From assembly GCA_049318825.1 (NCBI GenBank), contig JBMOFM010000013.1, forward strand, positions 21,847 to 85,846: 64,000 nucleotides of DNA, written 5' to 3'. The translations under genes were made by a program, and so were the position numbers. The notes under the pieces were generated by a model that was not told the origin of the DNA, ran no database searches, and worked only from the letters and a program-made list of their open reading frames with translations. Of the stretch, positions 35,369 through 47,355 are shown one piece after another. The number at the start of each line of letters is the position of its first letter. The first letter of the stretch is position 1. The stretch comes from Alphaproteobacteria bacterium (GTDB lineage: Bacteria > Pseudomonadota > Alphaproteobacteria > JBMOFM01).

Positions 35369-36664
35369 CTAGACTAATAAAGATAATGGATCTTCAATCA
35401 GCTTTTTGAAAGCTGCTAAAAACTCGGCCCCCACGGCTCCATCCACCGCGCGGTGATCCACGGATAGGGTGCAGCTCATGATGGATGCAATTTCTATAGC
35501 GCCATCGCGCACAACTGGTTTTTGTTCAGAGGTGCCCACGGCCAAAATACAAGCTTGGGGTGGGTTAATAATGGCGCCAAATTCCTTAATGCCAAACATA
35601 CCAAGGTTTGAAATTGAGAATGTACCGCCTTGAAATTCTTCTGGCTTCAATTTGTTATCGCGCGCTCTTGCTGCCAAATCTTTCATTTGGGCAGAAATCT
35701 CAGAAAGGCTTTTCTTTTGAGCTGTTTTTATAATCGGTGTGATCAGGCCATTGGGGGTGGCTACCGCTACAGAAATATCAGCATCTTCAAATTGTAGCAT
35801 GGAATCATCACCCCAAGCCACATTGGCGGCGGGCACTTTTTTCAGCGCTAAAGCCACGGCTTTAATAACAAAATCATTCACTGAAAGCTTTACTTCTCCC
35901 CGCGCATTAATTTTTTGTCGCCAATCCAGTAATGCTGTAATATCCGTTTCAATGGTCAGATAAAAATGTGGAACATTCTGCTTGGATTCGGTAAGACGAC
36001 GGGCGATTACTTTACGCACGCTGCTATTGGGCACTTCTTTATAGCGCATACCATAAGCATCAGCCAATTGTTTCGCCGCCGATAAAGAAGCGGCCACTGG
36101 TGCTTTGCCAGCAGCTGGAGCGGCTATTATCGCGGGGGTTGCTGGTGAAGTTTGTGCTTTTTCAACATCCTTGCGTACAATCCGGCCATGGGGGCCAGTG
36201 CCTTTAATATTGGCTAAATCAAGCCCTGCATTTTTAGCAAGCCTTTTAGCTAAGGGGCTTGCAAAAAGGCGTGATTTTGGTTGCGTTGTTGCCAAGGGGT
36301 TCCCTTGCCCTGTTGTTAGCATTGCTGGTGCAGAGCTTGGCGTTGGAGCCGCAGTAACTTTAGCAACGGGGGCTGCTAATGGTAGTGGTGCAGCCAATTT
36401 AATTGGCGCTGCATCATTCTCGCCTTCAGCTTTTAATACGGCAATTACACTATTAACGGCTACATTTTCAGTGCCTTCAGCCACCAAAATTTGTGCTACC
36501 AAGCCTTCATCCACGGCTTCTACTTCCATGGTGGCTTTATCGGTTTCAATTTCAGCAATAACATCCCCAGGGGATACAATATCTCCTGTTTTTACTAACC
36601 ATCGAGCCAATTTGCCCTCAGTCATGGTTGGAGAAAGGGCGGGCATCAAAATATCTATGGGCAT
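35369..36664 (-). CDS. pdhC: pyruvate dehydrogenase E2 (dihydrolipoamide acetyltransferase)
   Basis: N-terminal lipoyl domain ([12 protein letters not shown]), Ala/Pro linker, C-terminal catalytic domain with DHRAVDGA. Confidence 0.9.
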   Translation of the reverse strand: MPIDILMPALSPTMTEGKLARWLVKTGDIVSPGDVIAEIETDKATMEVEAVDEGLVAQILVAEGTENVAVNSVIAVLKAEGENDAAPIKLAAPLPLAAPVAKVTAAPTPSSAPAMLTTGQGNPLATTQPKSRLFASPLAKRLAKNAGLDLANIKGTGPHGRIVRKDVEKAQTSPATPAIIAAPAAGKAPVAASLSAAKQLADAYGMRYKEVPNSSVRKVIARRLTESKQNVPHFYLTIETDITALLDWRQKINARGEVKLSVNDFVIKAVALALKKVPAANVAWGDDSMLQFEDADISVAVATPNGLITPIIKTAQKKSLSEISAQMKDLAARARDNKLKPEEFQGGTFSISNLGMFGIKEFGAIINPPQACILAVGTSEQKPVVRDGAIEIASIMSCTLSVDHRAVDGAVGAEFLAAFKKLIEDPLSLLV

Positions 36665-36692
36665 GCTTATATTCCCTCTAATTCTTTAATCT

Positions 36693-38075
36693 TTATTGCA
36701 ACAAGGATTTAGCGGCTTGTACAATATTATCAGGCTGTGGCAGCGCTAATTTTTCTAAATTGGCAGCATAGGGCAGGGGCACATCCGCCCCATGAATCCG
36801 CACCACAGGTGCATCCAGCCAATCAAAACATTGCTCCATAACCACAGCGGCTAACTCTGATCCAATACCAGCAAAAGGCCAACCTTCTTCTACCGATATT
36901 AAACGGCTGGTTTTTTTAACACTTTCTACTATTGTCGGCACATCTAATGGCCGGATGGTACGCAAATCAATAACTTCTGCGTCAATTCCTTCTTTGGCCA
37001 ATATTTCAGCGGCGGCTAGCGCATGACCAACCATGATTGAAAAGGCAGTGATCGTGACATCGCTTCCCTTACGCACAATTTTAGCTTTACCAATAGGTAG
37101 CACAAAGTCTGGATCGGTTGGTACGTCAAAGCTTTGACCATACAAAATTTCATTTTCAAGAAATACCACCGGATTGGGATCACGAATGGCCGCTTTCATC
37201 AAACCCTTTGCATCCCCTGCTGAATAAGGAGCCACCACTTTTAAGCCCGGAACATGAGCATACCAGCTTGCATAACATTGAGAATGTTGGGCTCCAACCC
37301 GTGAGGCAGCTCCATTAGGGCCACGAAACACAATAGGGCAACCCATTTGGCCACCAGACATATAAAGGGTTTTAGCAGCAGAATTGATGATATGATCAAT
37401 GGCCTGCATCGAAAAGTTAAAGGTCATGAATTCAATGATTGGGCGCAATCCACCAAAGGCAGCGCCTACACCAAGGCCAGCAAAGCCATGTTCAGTAATC
37501 GGGCTATCAATCACCCGTTTGCTACCAAATTCATCGAGCAACCCTTGGCTTACCTTATAAGCTCCGTTATATTCTGCTACTTCTTCCCCCAGCAAAAACA
37601 CGGTTTCATCGCGCCGCATTTCTTCTGCCATCGCATCGCGCAAGGCCTCACGCACAGTTTGACGAGTGGTTGATGTATAAAATTTTTCTTCATTAATATC
37701 CAGCACGGCAACCGCTACGGGTTGGGGCGCCCAAGCTGGGGCTGTTTTGGTAACAGCTTGATCAATTTCAGGTTCCGCTGAGCAAGATGCTGTTGTTTCT
37801 TTATTGCAGGATGTCTTGCTTAGGGAAATGATCTCACCTTCGGCGCTTAATAAAGCAATTGGGGTATTTACGGCTACATTTTCGGTGCCTTCTGCAATTA
37901 ATATTTTGCCCAAAACACCCTCATCCACGGCTTCTACTTCCATGGTGGCCTTATCGGTTTCAATTTCAGCAATCACGTCGCCGGGTGATACTTGTTCACC
38001 TTCTCTTTTTAGCCAACGTGCAATTTTCCCTTCAGTCATGGTGGGGGAGAGGGCTGGCATCAACACTTCAATCAT
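36693..38075 (-). CDS. pdhB: pyruvate dehydrogenase E1 beta subunit with N-terminal lipoyl domain
   Basis: 460 aa; lipoyl domain ([16 protein letters not shown]) fused to transketolase-like E1-beta. Confidence 0.9.
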   Translation of the reverse strand: MIEVLMPALSPTMTEGKIARWLKREGEQVSPGDVIAEIETDKATMEVEAVDEGVLGKILIAEGTENVAVNTPIALLSAEGEIISLSKTSCNKETTASCSAEPEIDQAVTKTAPAWAPQPVAVAVLDINEEKFYTSTTRQTVREALRDAMAEEMRRDETVFLLGEEVAEYNGAYKVSQGLLDEFGSKRVIDSPITEHGFAGLGVGAAFGGLRPIIEFMTFNFSMQAIDHIINSAAKTLYMSGGQMGCPIVFRGPNGAASRVGAQHSQCYASWYAHVPGLKVVAPYSAGDAKGLMKAAIRDPNPVVFLENEILYGQSFDVPTDPDFVLPIGKAKIVRKGSDVTITAFSIMVGHALAAAEILAKEGIDAEVIDLRTIRPLDVPTIVESVKKTSRLISVEEGWPFAGIGSELAAVVMEQCFDWLDAPVVRIHGADVPLPYAANLEKLALPQPDNIVQAAKSLLQ

Positions 38076-38160
38076 TTATCTCTATCCTCTTTTTAGAGCA
38101 AACCCATCCATTTTTAGAATGTTTGATTTATTTGCCCGTCAATGAAAAGCTTTTATACTA

Positions 38161-39177
38161 TCAAGATTCTATCAGAATATCTGTCCACAACTCATCAGGG
38201 TGCGGTTCTGGGCTCTGGGTAGCAAATTCAGCTGATTCTGCAACAATAGCACGAATGTCTTTATCCATTTGTTTCAGTTTATCTTCATCAATCAGCTTGC
38301 CATCCAACAACAATTTTTTAGCCAATTCTAGCGGGTCATGCTCTGTTTTGAACTTGTTTACTTCGTCTTTCGAGCGGTATTTAGCTGGATCCGACATCGA
38401 GTGACCACGATAGCGGTAGGTCATGGCTTCTAATACCACTGGACCATTGCCAGCACGAATATAATCCACGGCTTCTTGTGCAGCTTGCCGCACCGCTAAC
38501 ACATCCATCCCATCCACTTGGACGCCGCGAATACCATAAGGGCTGCCGCGCATATATAGGTCACCAGCGGCATGGCGTGCTGTGGCGGTACCCATACCGT
38601 AACGGTTGTTTTCAATCACATAAAGAACTGGTAGTTTCCATAAGGCAGCCATGTTAAAGCTTTCATATACTTGGCCTTGGTTAACCGCACCATCGCCCAT
38701 ATAAGCGGCGCAAACGCCATTATCTTTTTTGTATTTATGAGAAAAGGCCAAACCAGTACCTAAGGGAATTTGAGCCCCCACAATGCCATGACCGCCAAAG
38801 AAATTTTTCTCGCGGCTGAACATATGCATCGACCCGCCTTTTCCGCGTGAATAGCCGGTGCTGCGTCCTGTTAATTCCGCCATAACACCCTTGGCATCCA
38901 TTCCGCAAGCCAACATATGACCATGATCACGATAAGCAGTGATTACGGTATCTTGCGGTTGCAAAACAGCTTGTATGCCCACAACTACCGCTTCTTGACC
39001 AATATAAAGATGACAGAAGCCACCAATTAAACCCATACCATAAAGCTGACCGGCTTTTTCTTCAAAACGACGAATCAGCAACATATCTTGATAATATTTC
39101 AGCAATTCCTTTTCTGTGGCTGCTGTTGCATGTGTTCCATTTAGGCTTGTTTTTTTGGCTGCGGACTTCGCGTTCAC
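38161..39177 (-). CDS. pdhA: pyruvate dehydrogenase E1 alpha subunit
   Basis: 338 aa; TPP-binding motif region (GDGAVNQGQVYESFNMAALWKLP); phosphorylation-loop-like YRYRGHSMSDP. Confidence 0.9.
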   Translation of the reverse strand: MNAKSAAKKTSLNGTHATAATEKELLKYYQDMLLIRRFEEKAGQLYGMGLIGGFCHLYIGQEAVVVGIQAVLQPQDTVITAYRDHGHMLACGMDAKGVMAELTGRSTGYSRGKGGSMHMFSREKNFFGGHGIVGAQIPLGTGLAFSHKYKKDNGVCAAYMGDGAVNQGQVYESFNMAALWKLPVLYVIENNRYGMGTATARHAAGDLYMRGSPYGIRGVQVDGMDVLAVRQAAQEAVDYIRAGNGPVVLEAMTYRYRGHSMSDPAKYRSKDEVNKFKTEHDPLELAKKLLLDGKLIDEDKLKQMDKDIRAIVAESAEFATQSPEPHPDELWTDILIES

Positions 39178-39604
39178 CCTTATTCTCCCTATGCATGATC
39201 GGAACTATTTTATGAAACATGCTGTAGAGATAAATGCACGAAAAATCAAGATTAATTATAACATGGAGCCGTTTTCAAACGCGTCACAATTAACCACTAT
39301 TGTTCGTGGATATAAAAAAACAAGAGGATCCTAATGGAAACCTCTTATTTTGAACATATTATCATCATCAAAATTTAGTTATGACAATTGGGCATGGAAC
39401 CAGAGACGCCGCCGCCATAGCCAATCCTGACAGGATTATAGCTTTTTTCATGAGAGAAATTATTTGCTACTCACCAATCAAGCTTTGTTTAATAAAATTA
39501 TCAATAACTTATTCTATATCATACAAAAGAAATAAACAACACATATTTCATTGATTTTTATTAAATGACCTGCAAGTGCAGAAACATTGATCAACTAATG
39601 ATAG

Positions 39605-40633
39605 CTAGATACTCATTATGGGTTGATTTCTTTGAGTTTTCGCCACAGAAGTTTTAGGCTTATAAAAATCTGCAAGTGTTTCTTCTAATCTATCCGCTAA
39701 TCTTTTTTCAAGCTGTTGTCCCATGGCTTGGCTGGCCTCATTCAGTGCCCCTGGAGAAGTAACATTAACCTCAATCAGCTTTCCGCCAATAACATCAATG
39801 CCCGCCCATAGAATGCCATTACGATGCAACAATGGCGATATGGCTTCGCATATTTCTAGATCACGGTTATTAATATCACATCCCGTGGCCGTACCGCCTG
39901 CGTGAAGATTGGCTAAATAATGACCATTGCTTGGCATGCGCAATAATTGGCCGATTATTTCACCGTTAAACCAGATAATGCGTTTATCTCCTAGGGTGAC
40001 ATCTTCAAGAAATTCTTGTATTACGGCGCAACGTTTACCTTCTTCAGTTTGCTGGTTAAGCCACCAATCTAAATTTTGGTCATTGGGCAGCAATTTAATA
40101 ATCCCTTGACCACCCTTATCATCATTTCTTTTTACAATAGCGCCGCCTTTTTCAATGATAAAATCACGGAAGGCATACACATTGGCTGTGATTAAAGTTT
40201 CAGGAACCAAATGAGGATGTGAAGCCGCGATAAATTGGGGAATGGTTTTTTCTGGTAAGGCAATAACCCCCATCGGATCATTAACAATTAAGGTTTGCTC
40301 GCGTATTAAGCAAAGTTTTTGTGCAGCTTCATAATAATGATAATCAACTGGCGGATCATTGCGCATCAAAATAGCATCAACTTCGGCCAAATTAATTGTT
40401 TCAATATTGCCCTGTGTAAAGTGATTGTTTTCATCCCAACTCAATTCAACGGGTAGGGCATCTACCAGTAAATGACCATTGAGAATATAAAGATCATTGG
40501 GGGTGTATTGATAAATGCTGTACCCCCTGTTTTGACATTCGAGCGCTACACTAAATGTTGAATCAACATAACGGGCAGAAAATTCAAGGTTTTCAAGGGG
40601 ATTTGTTTGTATAGCGATAATATTATTTTTCAT
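39605..40633 (-). CDS. gshB: glutathione synthetase (ATP-grasp)
   Basis: Collinear with E. coli GshB (ILMRNDPP, GDKRIIWFNGE, GIDVIGGKLIEVNVTSP); start at internal ATG 40633 (MKNNIIAIQ). Confidence 0.75.
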   Translation of the reverse strand: MKNNIIAIQTNPLENLEFSARYVDSTFSVALECQNRGYSIYQYTPNDLYILNGHLLVDALPVELSWDENNHFTQGNIETINLAEVDAILMRNDPPVDYHYYEAAQKLCLIREQTLIVNDPMGVIALPEKTIPQFIAASHPHLVPETLITANVYAFRDFIIEKGGAIVKRNDDKGGQGIIKLLPNDQNLDWWLNQQTEEGKRCAVIQEFLEDVTLGDKRIIWFNGEIIGQLLRMPSNGHYLANLHAGGTATGCDINNRDLEICEAISPLLHRNGILWAGIDVIGGKLIEVNVTSPGALNEASQAMGQQLEKRLADRLEETLADFYKPKTSVAKTQRNQPIMSI

Positions 40634-40759
40634 TGAGATTAAACATTGTAAAATTATATGGAAACAGTTGCTTGAATACACTGTTTCCATAAACATACAA
40701 GGGGTCTAATGCAGTGAAAAGGTCGCTATGTTGTATATTGAAGAAATATCACATAAAAT

Positions 40760-41191
40760 TTAATAACCTGCAATATACCGTTTTAGGTGCGTGGTTTCAA
40801 ATTCTAACTCTTCCAGCCTGTGTTTTACCACATCCCCAATGCTGATCATGCCGGCTAAACGCCCTTGATGAATGACTGGCATATGCCGGAAACGATGATT
40901 GGTCATTTGCTGCATGGCTTCAATGATGGGGGTCTCCATGGTGCATGTTCTCACATGGCTGGTCATCACTTCTAAGGCAGGCTTATCTAAAAAACTTAGG
41001 CCATCTTCATCAAGGCGGTGCATCACATCCCGTTCTGTTACAATACCTTCCACATGCACACCGTCATTACTGATAATCACAGCACCTATACGCCATTTCC
41101 GCATGGTTTTAATTAACTCGCTAACTCGCTGATGGGTGGTAGCGGTGATGGTGGCCATGCCTTTTGATTTTAATATTGTGGCTACGCTCAT
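40760..41191 (-). CDS. CBS-domain protein
   Basis: 143 aa with two CBS repeats (hydrophobic-G-hhT-x-D pattern). Confidence 0.7.
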   Translation of the reverse strand: MSVATILKSKGMATITATTHQRVSELIKTMRKWRIGAVIISNDGVHVEGIVTERDVMHRLDEDGLSFLDKPALEVMTSHVRTCTMETPIIEAMQQMTNHRFRHMPVIHQGRLAGMISIGDVVKHRLEELEFETTHLKRYIAGY

Positions 41192-41327
41192 TCTTTTCTC
41201 TCCCCAATTAGTTTTTTATAATTAGTTTTTTATTTCCTCCAATGTTATGGGTATGTGCGACAATTAGCAAGTAAATTAAGGCTAGAAAACATTAAATAAT
41301 TGACATTAAGGTTATTTTTGAAATTTT

Positions 41328-42341
41328 TTACTGTTTTGGTAGCAAAGTTTCTACAATTCTTCCCATTTCTAAATTGCCCATCAGCGTGGATGAAATAGAA
41401 ATAGAAAGCTTCATCGAGGGAATAATAATAAGCCCATTTTTTCTATCGCTGCTAATCATTAAAAAATCGCGCGGGCTAAATTCAAGCAGCGAGCCATCAA
41501 TCTCGGTAAAAATTTTCCCCAGATCATATTGATAGACCTGTTGTCGCCCCAGTGGTATATTCATGAATACACCAACACCAACGGCTGGATTATATTTACT
41601 GCCTTGAAAGCAGGGCAGTAAACTTTCCCATTTCAACAAATGTTTTTGCTGCCAAACGCCTTGCAGGCGGATAAATTCAGCGAGTTTAATCCAATCGTAG
41701 AATCGTAGTTCTAGGCCGCCCTCAAATAAATTTTTCCTATAAAATACAGGGATCTCTTCTGTTGTTTCCCATTTTTTTATAGAGCTACCGGTTGGGTTAA
41801 AATATTTTTGCCGTAGATAGCTGGTGATGGTTTGTGAATGTTTGGAAAGCGCTACAGAAATAGCTTTCGCCGCATATTGATAGCCAGCTGGGTTAAGCCC
41901 CATAAATGTTTCGGGCGGGGCAGTGAGCATGGGTAATTTGTGGGGAGAGGGGTCAAATATTTGATGCAGATCCATCCCACTTGTGTGGTTGAGTAATTGA
42001 CGTAATGTCACTTTTCTATAGGCAGGGGCAGACCATGAGGGTAAATATTTTTCTACTGTATCGTCCCAATTTACCCAGCCATCATCCACCGCAAAGGCTG
42101 TGAGCAAGCAAGCAAAAATTCCTTCTGCTCCCATCATGGGAAAAGAGTCATGGCTAGAAAATATGGGTTGACGCGTATCATTATGGTAATAGCCCACAAA
42201 TGCGCCATCATAATAAATATGAATGGCGTTGATATTGCGATCCAGTTGAGCAAAAGAAACAATGCGGCCTATGCCATCTCTTATTGTTTCAGGGATTATA
42301 ACTTGTTGCGCCATTACCTTTATGGGGGCTGTGGCAACCAT
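41328..42341 (-). CDS. beta-lactamase-related serine-hydrolase-family protein (catalytic Lys of SxxK apparently absent)
   Basis: [11 protein letters not shown] matches the conserved LLxHTSGL motif of class-C beta-lactamase-like esterases. The expected SxxK upstream reads SHDS/SFPM instead. The start was moved downstream of the track start to avoid overlap with rpmG; exact start uncertain. Confidence 0.45.
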   Translation of the reverse strand: MVATAPIKVMAQQVIIPETIRDGIGRIVSFAQLDRNINAIHIYYDGAFVGYYHNDTRQPIFSSHDSFPMMGAEGIFACLLTAFAVDDGWVNWDDTVEKYLPSWSAPAYRKVTLRQLLNHTSGMDLHQIFDPSPHKLPMLTAPPETFMGLNPAGYQYAAKAISVALSKHSQTITSYLRQKYFNPTGSSIKKWETTEEIPVFYRKNLFEGGLELRFYDWIKLAEFIRLQGVWQQKHLLKWESLLPCFQGSKYNPAVGVGVFMNIPLGRQQVYQYDLGKIFTEIDGSLLEFSPRDFLMISSDRKNGLIIIPSMKLSISISSTLMGNLEMGRIVETLLPKQ

Positions 42342-42456
42342 CAGGGCAATCGCGGCAAAAACACATCTTCCTAATAGAAGCAATCTGTCTATATTGACAT
42401 TCGCAGCGGTGCATTTAATATCACCTTTTATACAATTTCTTGAACGGTTTAATATC

Positions 42457-42639
42457 ATGGCAAAAACATCAACAGTACTGATTAAGCTGGTTAGCACAGC
42501 AGGTACGGGCACTTTTTATGTAAAAAAGAAGAATCCACGTAAAACAACAGAAAAACTCAAATTCAAAAAATTTGATAGAAAAGCTGGTGTTGATGGTCGT
42601 GGTGCTCATGTGGAATTCGTTGAACAAAAAATGAAATAG
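42457..42639 (+). CDS. rpmG: 50S ribosomal protein L33
   Basis: 60 aa, [60 protein letters not shown]; hidden as the C-terminal third of a longer spurious ORF (42262-42639) in the track. Confidence 0.8.
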   Translation: MAKTSTVLIKLVSTAGTGTFYVKKKNPRKTTEKLKFKKFDRKAGVDGRGAHVEFVEQKMK

Positions 42640-42758
42640 CTGCTGCTGAATATTCAGCATAGCGCCTCATTTTCTTTCGCACAACCATAATATCAAGGTG
42701 CCTTGCTTCTTAATTGAGCAGGGCATTTTTTATGATTCCTGACCCTAAACAAATATTC

Positions 42759-43253
42759 TTAGCTTTTTGGTGGTGGGCGTTTCTTCTCTACAAACTCTTC
42801 GAATCTCTTTTGTGAAAAGGCAGCGGCAATGCTGCGAATATTTTTTGCGTGATTTTGACTGGCTTGCCGAGATGCGGTGCTTTGGGGAAAAGGTTTAGAC
42901 AGCCCAAGAGCCTCTTGCATTAAATCATCAATAGCGGTCGCGTTTTTAGAAGAATTTAAGCGTTTTTCAGTTTGCCGATGAATGGCGCTATCTTCGGGTG
43001 AAAAATTATCCGCCATTTTATTAATTAATGCATCCATGCGTGATTGATCTAACCCCCCCGTTGTTTTTACACGCTGGTTGGCCTGCATAAAATGGCGTAC
43101 TGCATGGGCGGTAATCCCTTTGAGAAAAGGGGTGGTGAGGGCTTTAAGCAATGTTGCATCTTGCATGCAGCGCTGCATAAGAAACTGTTGCGCCAGCACA
43201 GGGTTACCTTTGGCGGCCTTTAGACATTCTTCCACTGCTTTGCCGATGCTCAT
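42759..43253 (-). CDS. hypothetical protein
   Basis: 164-aa ORF with coding-like composition; no family recognised. Confidence 0.4.
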   Translation of the reverse strand: MSIGKAVEECLKAAKGNPVLAQQFLMQRCMQDATLLKALTTPFLKGITAHAVRHFMQANQRVKTTGGLDQSRMDALINKMADNFSPEDSAIHRQTEKRLNSSKNATAIDDLMQEALGLSKPFPQSTASRQASQNHAKNIRSIAAAFSQKRFEEFVEKKRPPPKS

Positions 43254-43323
43254 GAAAAAAACCCATGACTTTTTCTAATCTTCTATAATTTGTTCTGCAA
43301 AAAGTAAATTTTGGGTAAATATT

Positions 43324-44307
43324 CTATGGTTTGCAAGAATGTTGAGATTGAGAAACAGGCAAATAGCAACGAGGCGCTATGGCAAAATAGTTGAAAATAT
43401 TAATAAGTCCATCGTCTAAATGGTGTGTTGTAATTGCGAATTGCTGTAATTTTTGGGTTACGGCTTCTACGCCAGCCTTATAAGTGGGGTCGCCCAATTC
43501 TTGTAAATGCAGTAACACATCTTCAGATAAATCGGCCCCATGTTTTTGCCAAGCATGATGCGCGCCGCAATCAATAGCTACCTGAATATCTCTGGCAGTA
43601 TCTCCTATCATGAGGGTATGCTCTGGTTTTATACCAAAATCAGCCATAATTTTTTGTAGCCCTTGTGGGTTAGGTTTATGCCATGTTGGAGGTAGAGCTT
43701 CAGTTTTGGCAATAACAGCCATTCTTGTTGTACAGGCTAAGTTAATCCCTTCTTGTTCTGCATCTAATGGGTGGAATGGGTCATCAAGGCAGTAAATGCG
43801 ATCAATCAGATCCAATACAGAAAAGCCATTGGGTAGAAAACCTGCAATTTTCTGGCTGTTAATAACAGCAAAACTTAGCCGATTTACTACCCCAGCCTCT
43901 TGGCCATCCGATAATAAAGCGATTTTTGTATGGGTACGGTTGCCATGTTCATCAAAAGCAATAGCAGCTAATGTGGGAATAAAGTGATCAAAAAAGTCGG
44001 TAATCGCGGCTTTTTCGGCATTAAGTTGAGCCACAAGCTCTTTATCACTTTCTTGCAAAGGGAGTAAAAAAGGAAAATGATGCAGCCCAGCACCAATGTC
44101 ATTATACACCAGATTGAATAAATTTTGACCATCCTCTTTTGCTTCAAGCGCATGTTTTTGAATGCGTAGCTTTAATTCTTTGCTATCAAGCCCTCTTGAA
44201 AAAGCCAGCTTTTCATAAAAATTATTATGAGTTTGAACGATAATATCAAAATGTGGAATGATGCAGCCATCAATGTCGAGCACTAATAAATCAATATCGG
44301 GAAGCAT
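43324..44307 (-). CDS. HAD-superfamily hydrolase
   Basis: Motif I LVLDIDGCI, motif IV IGDTARD, large cap insertion. Confidence 0.55.
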   Translation of the reverse strand: MLPDIDLLVLDIDGCIIPHFDIIVQTHNNFYEKLAFSRGLDSKELKLRIQKHALEAKEDGQNLFNLVYNDIGAGLHHFPFLLPLQESDKELVAQLNAEKAAITDFFDHFIPTLAAIAFDEHGNRTHTKIALLSDGQEAGVVNRLSFAVINSQKIAGFLPNGFSVLDLIDRIYCLDDPFHPLDAEQEGINLACTTRMAVIAKTEALPPTWHKPNPQGLQKIMADFGIKPEHTLMIGDTARDIQVAIDCGAHHAWQKHGADLSEDVLLHLQELGDPTYKAGVEAVTQKLQQFAITTHHLDDGLINIFNYFAIAPRCYLPVSQSQHSCKP

Positions 44308-44533
44308 AAAAAAATCCTAAAAATTCACAGTTTTTATTATCAATGATTTTCTTGCATTGCAAGCGCGAAATAATGTGTTGAAAAAACATCATTTGTAGCA
44401 TGTTTAGCGATATTAATGTTGCTTTTTTGTAACAGTTATTGTTGGATGCTGTCGCTTAGCTATAAAGGGGCTTTACCCGCTTGTACAAACCAAGAGAATT
44501 GCATAAAGAACGATAATATTAATACAGGAAAAT

Positions 44534-47278
44534 ATGATGAGCCCATCCAGCCTCGATAGCTTCAAAACCCTGACAACCCTCGATGTCAATGGTAAGCACT
44601 ATGATTACTATAGCTTGCCGAAATTGGCTGCAGCATTAGGGGATGATGGAAAAAAGCTTGGTCGCTTGCCGTTTTCATTAAAAGTATTGTTAGAAAATTT
44701 GCTGCGGGGTGAAGATGGTCGCGGCGTAAAAGCGGATGATATTAAAGCTACTTTTGCTTGGGATGGTCATTCAGAACAGGAAATCGCTTATCGCCCTGCA
44801 CGGGTGTTAATGCAAGATTTTACTGGCGTGCCAGCCGTGGCTGATTTAGCTGCTATGCGTAGCGCCATGACTAAATTGGGTGGAGATGCAGGGCGCATTA
44901 ATCCGCGTAATCAGGTGGATTTAGTCATCGACCATTCGGTAATGGTCGATTATTTTGGGGCGGCCACTTCTTTTGATAGTAATGTGGCCTTGGAATTTGA
45001 GCGTAATATTGAGCGTTATGCCTTTTTGCGCTGGGGACAAAAAGCGTTCTCTAATTTTCGGGTGGTGCCGCCGGGTACGGGTATTTGCCATCAGGTAAAT
45101 CTTGAATATTTAGCGCAGGTGGTGTGGACAGAGCCATCGGAAAATGGTCATGAGCTAGCCTATCCAGATACTTTGGTTGGTACTGATAGCCATACAACCA
45201 TGGTGAATGGTTTAAGCGTATTGGGTTGGGGTGTGGGTGGTATTGAAGCTGAAGCCGCCATGCTGGGGCAGCCAGTTTCGATGGTGTTACCAGAGGTTGT
45301 TGGTTTTCGTTTAACTGGAAAATTGCCCGAAGGCACAACGGCTACCGATTTGGTGCTAACGGTTACCCAAATGCTGCGCAAAAAAGGCGTGGTGAATAAA
45401 TTTGTTGAGTTTTTTGGGGCTGGTTTAGATACATTGGTGCTGGCTGATCGCGCCACGATAGCGAATATGGCACCTGAATATGGAGCAACTTGTGGCTTTT
45501 TCCCGATTGATGAGGAAACCATTCGTTACCTTAATTTTTCTGGCCGTGACCCGCAGCGGGTAAAATTAGTTGAAGCTTATGCCAAGGCGCAAGGCTTGTG
45601 GCGTGAAAAAGGAGCCGCTGATCCATTATTTACCGATATTTTAGAACTGGATCTGGCCACCGTACAACCGTCATTGGCGGGGCCCAAACGCCCGCAAGAT
45701 AGGGTGTTACTGGCCGATATGGCGTCCGTGTTTGATAAGGAATTGGCTGGATTTGGGGTAGAAACAGCAAATCGTAATGCTCGTACTGCTGCCACTGGCA
45801 CAGATTTTTCAGTTGGCCATGGCGATGTGGTGATTGCAGCTATTACCTCTTGCACTAACACCTCTAATCCGGGTGTTATGGTGGCGGCTGGTTTGGTAGC
45901 AAAAAAAGCGGTAGAAAAGGGCTTAAAAGTAAAGCCATGGGTGAAAACTTCTTTGGCACCCGGCTCGCAGGTTGTAACCGATTATTTACAAAAAGCAGAT
46001 CTGCAAAAGCCCCTTGATCAATTGGGTTTTCAGCTGGTGGGGTATGGTTGTACCACCTGTATTGGTAATTCTGGGCCATTACCTGATGCCGTACAAGCTG
46101 CAATCGATCAGGGCAATTTAGCCGTGGCCTCTGTGTTATCGGGTAATCGTAATTTTGAGGGGCGGGTACAGCAGGCAGTAAAGGCTAATTATCTAGCATC
46201 CCCGCCACTAGTAGTTGCCTATGCCTTGGCAGGTTCTGTTAAAATTGATTTACTGAAAGAGCCATTGGGCACCGGGGCTAACGGAGAAGCTGTTTATTTG
46301 AAAGATATTTGGCCAACCAATGAAGAGGTGGCTAAAACCATGGAAAGCTGTTTAACTCCTTCCATGTTCCGTGAACGTTATAGCGATGTGTTCTCTGGCC
46401 CTGAGCAATGGCAGGCCATTCCAGTAACGGAAGGGATAACCTATGAGTGGTTGGCAAGTTCAACTTATGTAAAAAACCCACCATTTTTTGATGATATGCC
46501 AGCAGAGCCACAGCCAGTGAAGGATGTGGCGGGAGCAAGAGCGTTGGCGGTGTTTGGTGATTCTATTACCACCGACCATATTTCACCTGCGGGGAATATT
46601 AAAAAAACATCCCCAGCGGGGGAATATTTAATTAGCCACCATGTGCCCACGCAAGATTTTAACTCCTATGGTGCAAGACGCGGCAATCATGAAGTGATGA
46701 TGCGTGGTACTTTTGCTAATATTCGTATTCGCAATGAATTATTGGCTGGGGTTGAAGGTGGTTATGCGCGGCATGTGCCTTCCAGTGAGGTGTTGCCTAT
46801 TTATGATGTAGCGATGCGTTATGCTGCAGATCATGTGCCTTTATTGGTTTTTGCGGGTAAGGAATATGGTACCGGTTCTAGCCGTGATTGGGCGGCAAAA
46901 GGCACAAGGTTACTGGGCGTAAAAGCGGTGATTGCTGAAAGTTTTGAGCGGATTCACCGCTCGAATCTGGTGGGCATGGGAATATTGCCCCTACAATTTA
47001 AGCAAGGGGAAGATAGGCGCAGCCTAGGACTTACTGGTGATGAATTATTTGATATTCACGGCGTAGAACAGGGCTTGCGTCCTGCCATGGATTTAACTCT
47101 TACCATTCACCGTCCTTCTGGGGTGCAAGATAAAGTAAAATTGCTGTGCCGCGTTGATACATTAGATGAGGTGGAATATTATCGCCACGGTGGTATTTTG
47201 CAGTATGTGTTGCGGCAAATGCTGAAAAACAGCCCAGATAGTGCCAGCAAGGGCAAAGGTGGGAAAGTAGCTGCTTGA
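44534..47278 (+). CDS. acnA: aconitate hydratase A
   Basis: 914 aa; aconitase family domains and Fe-S cluster Cys ligands (e.g. [10 protein letters not shown]; [12 protein letters not shown]). Confidence 0.95.
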   Translation: MMSPSSLDSFKTLTTLDVNGKHYDYYSLPKLAAALGDDGKKLGRLPFSLKVLLENLLRGEDGRGVKADDIKATFAWDGHSEQEIAYRPARVLMQDFTGVPAVADLAAMRSAMTKLGGDAGRINPRNQVDLVIDHSVMVDYFGAATSFDSNVALEFERNIERYAFLRWGQKAFSNFRVVPPGTGICHQVNLEYLAQVVWTEPSENGHELAYPDTLVGTDSHTTMVNGLSVLGWGVGGIEAEAAMLGQPVSMVLPEVVGFRLTGKLPEGTTATDLVLTVTQMLRKKGVVNKFVEFFGAGLDTLVLADRATIANMAPEYGATCGFFPIDEETIRYLNFSGRDPQRVKLVEAYAKAQGLWREKGAADPLFTDILELDLATVQPSLAGPKRPQDRVLLADMASVFDKELAGFGVETANRNARTAATGTDFSVGHGDVVIAAITSCTNTSNPGVMVAAGLVAKKAVEKGLKVKPWVKTSLAPGSQVVTDYLQKADLQKPLDQLGFQLVGYGCTTCIGNSGPLPDAVQAAIDQGNLAVASVLSGNRNFEGRVQQAVKANYLASPPLVVAYALAGSVKIDLLKEPLGTGANGEAVYLKDIWPTNEEVAKTMESCLTPSMFRERYSDVFSGPEQWQAIPVTEGITYEWLASSTYVKNPPFFDDMPAEPQPVKDVAGARALAVFGDSITTDHISPAGNIKKTSPAGEYLISHHVPTQDFNSYGARRGNHEVMMRGTFANIRIRNELLAGVEGGYARHVPSSEVLPIYDVAMRYAADHVPLLVFAGKEYGTGSSRDWAAKGTRLLGVKAVIAESFERIHRSNLVGMGILPLQFKQGEDRRSLGLTGDELFDIHGVEQGLRPAMDLTLTIHRPSGVQDKVKLLCRVDTLDEVEYYRHGGILQYVLRQMLKNSPDSASKGKGGKVAA

Positions 47279-47355
47279 TTTTTCGTAAAAAACCATTGAT
47301 TTTGTAGGGGGCTTTGCTAGTATAGGAATGGTTTTGTTGTTATAAGCGATATGAT

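Noticed and set aside
36105-36689. 194-aa Ala/Gly-rich ORF on the plus strand.
   Set aside because: It is antisense to the Ala/Pro linker region of pdhC. It is a low-complexity shadow ORF produced by GC-rich linker codons.
39116-39334. 72-aa plus-strand ORF spanning the pdhA start region.
   Set aside because: It overlaps the pdhA N-terminus on the opposite strand and continues into AT-rich intergenic DNA. It has no RBS or homology.
44340-44360. Near-palindrome CTTGCATTGCAAG upstream of acnA as a possible iron-responsive (Irr/RirA/Fur) operator.
   Set aside because: It is short and imperfect and does not match the ICE (TTTAGAA-N3-TTCTAAA) or IRO-box consensus. It cannot be supported without genome-wide motif statistics.
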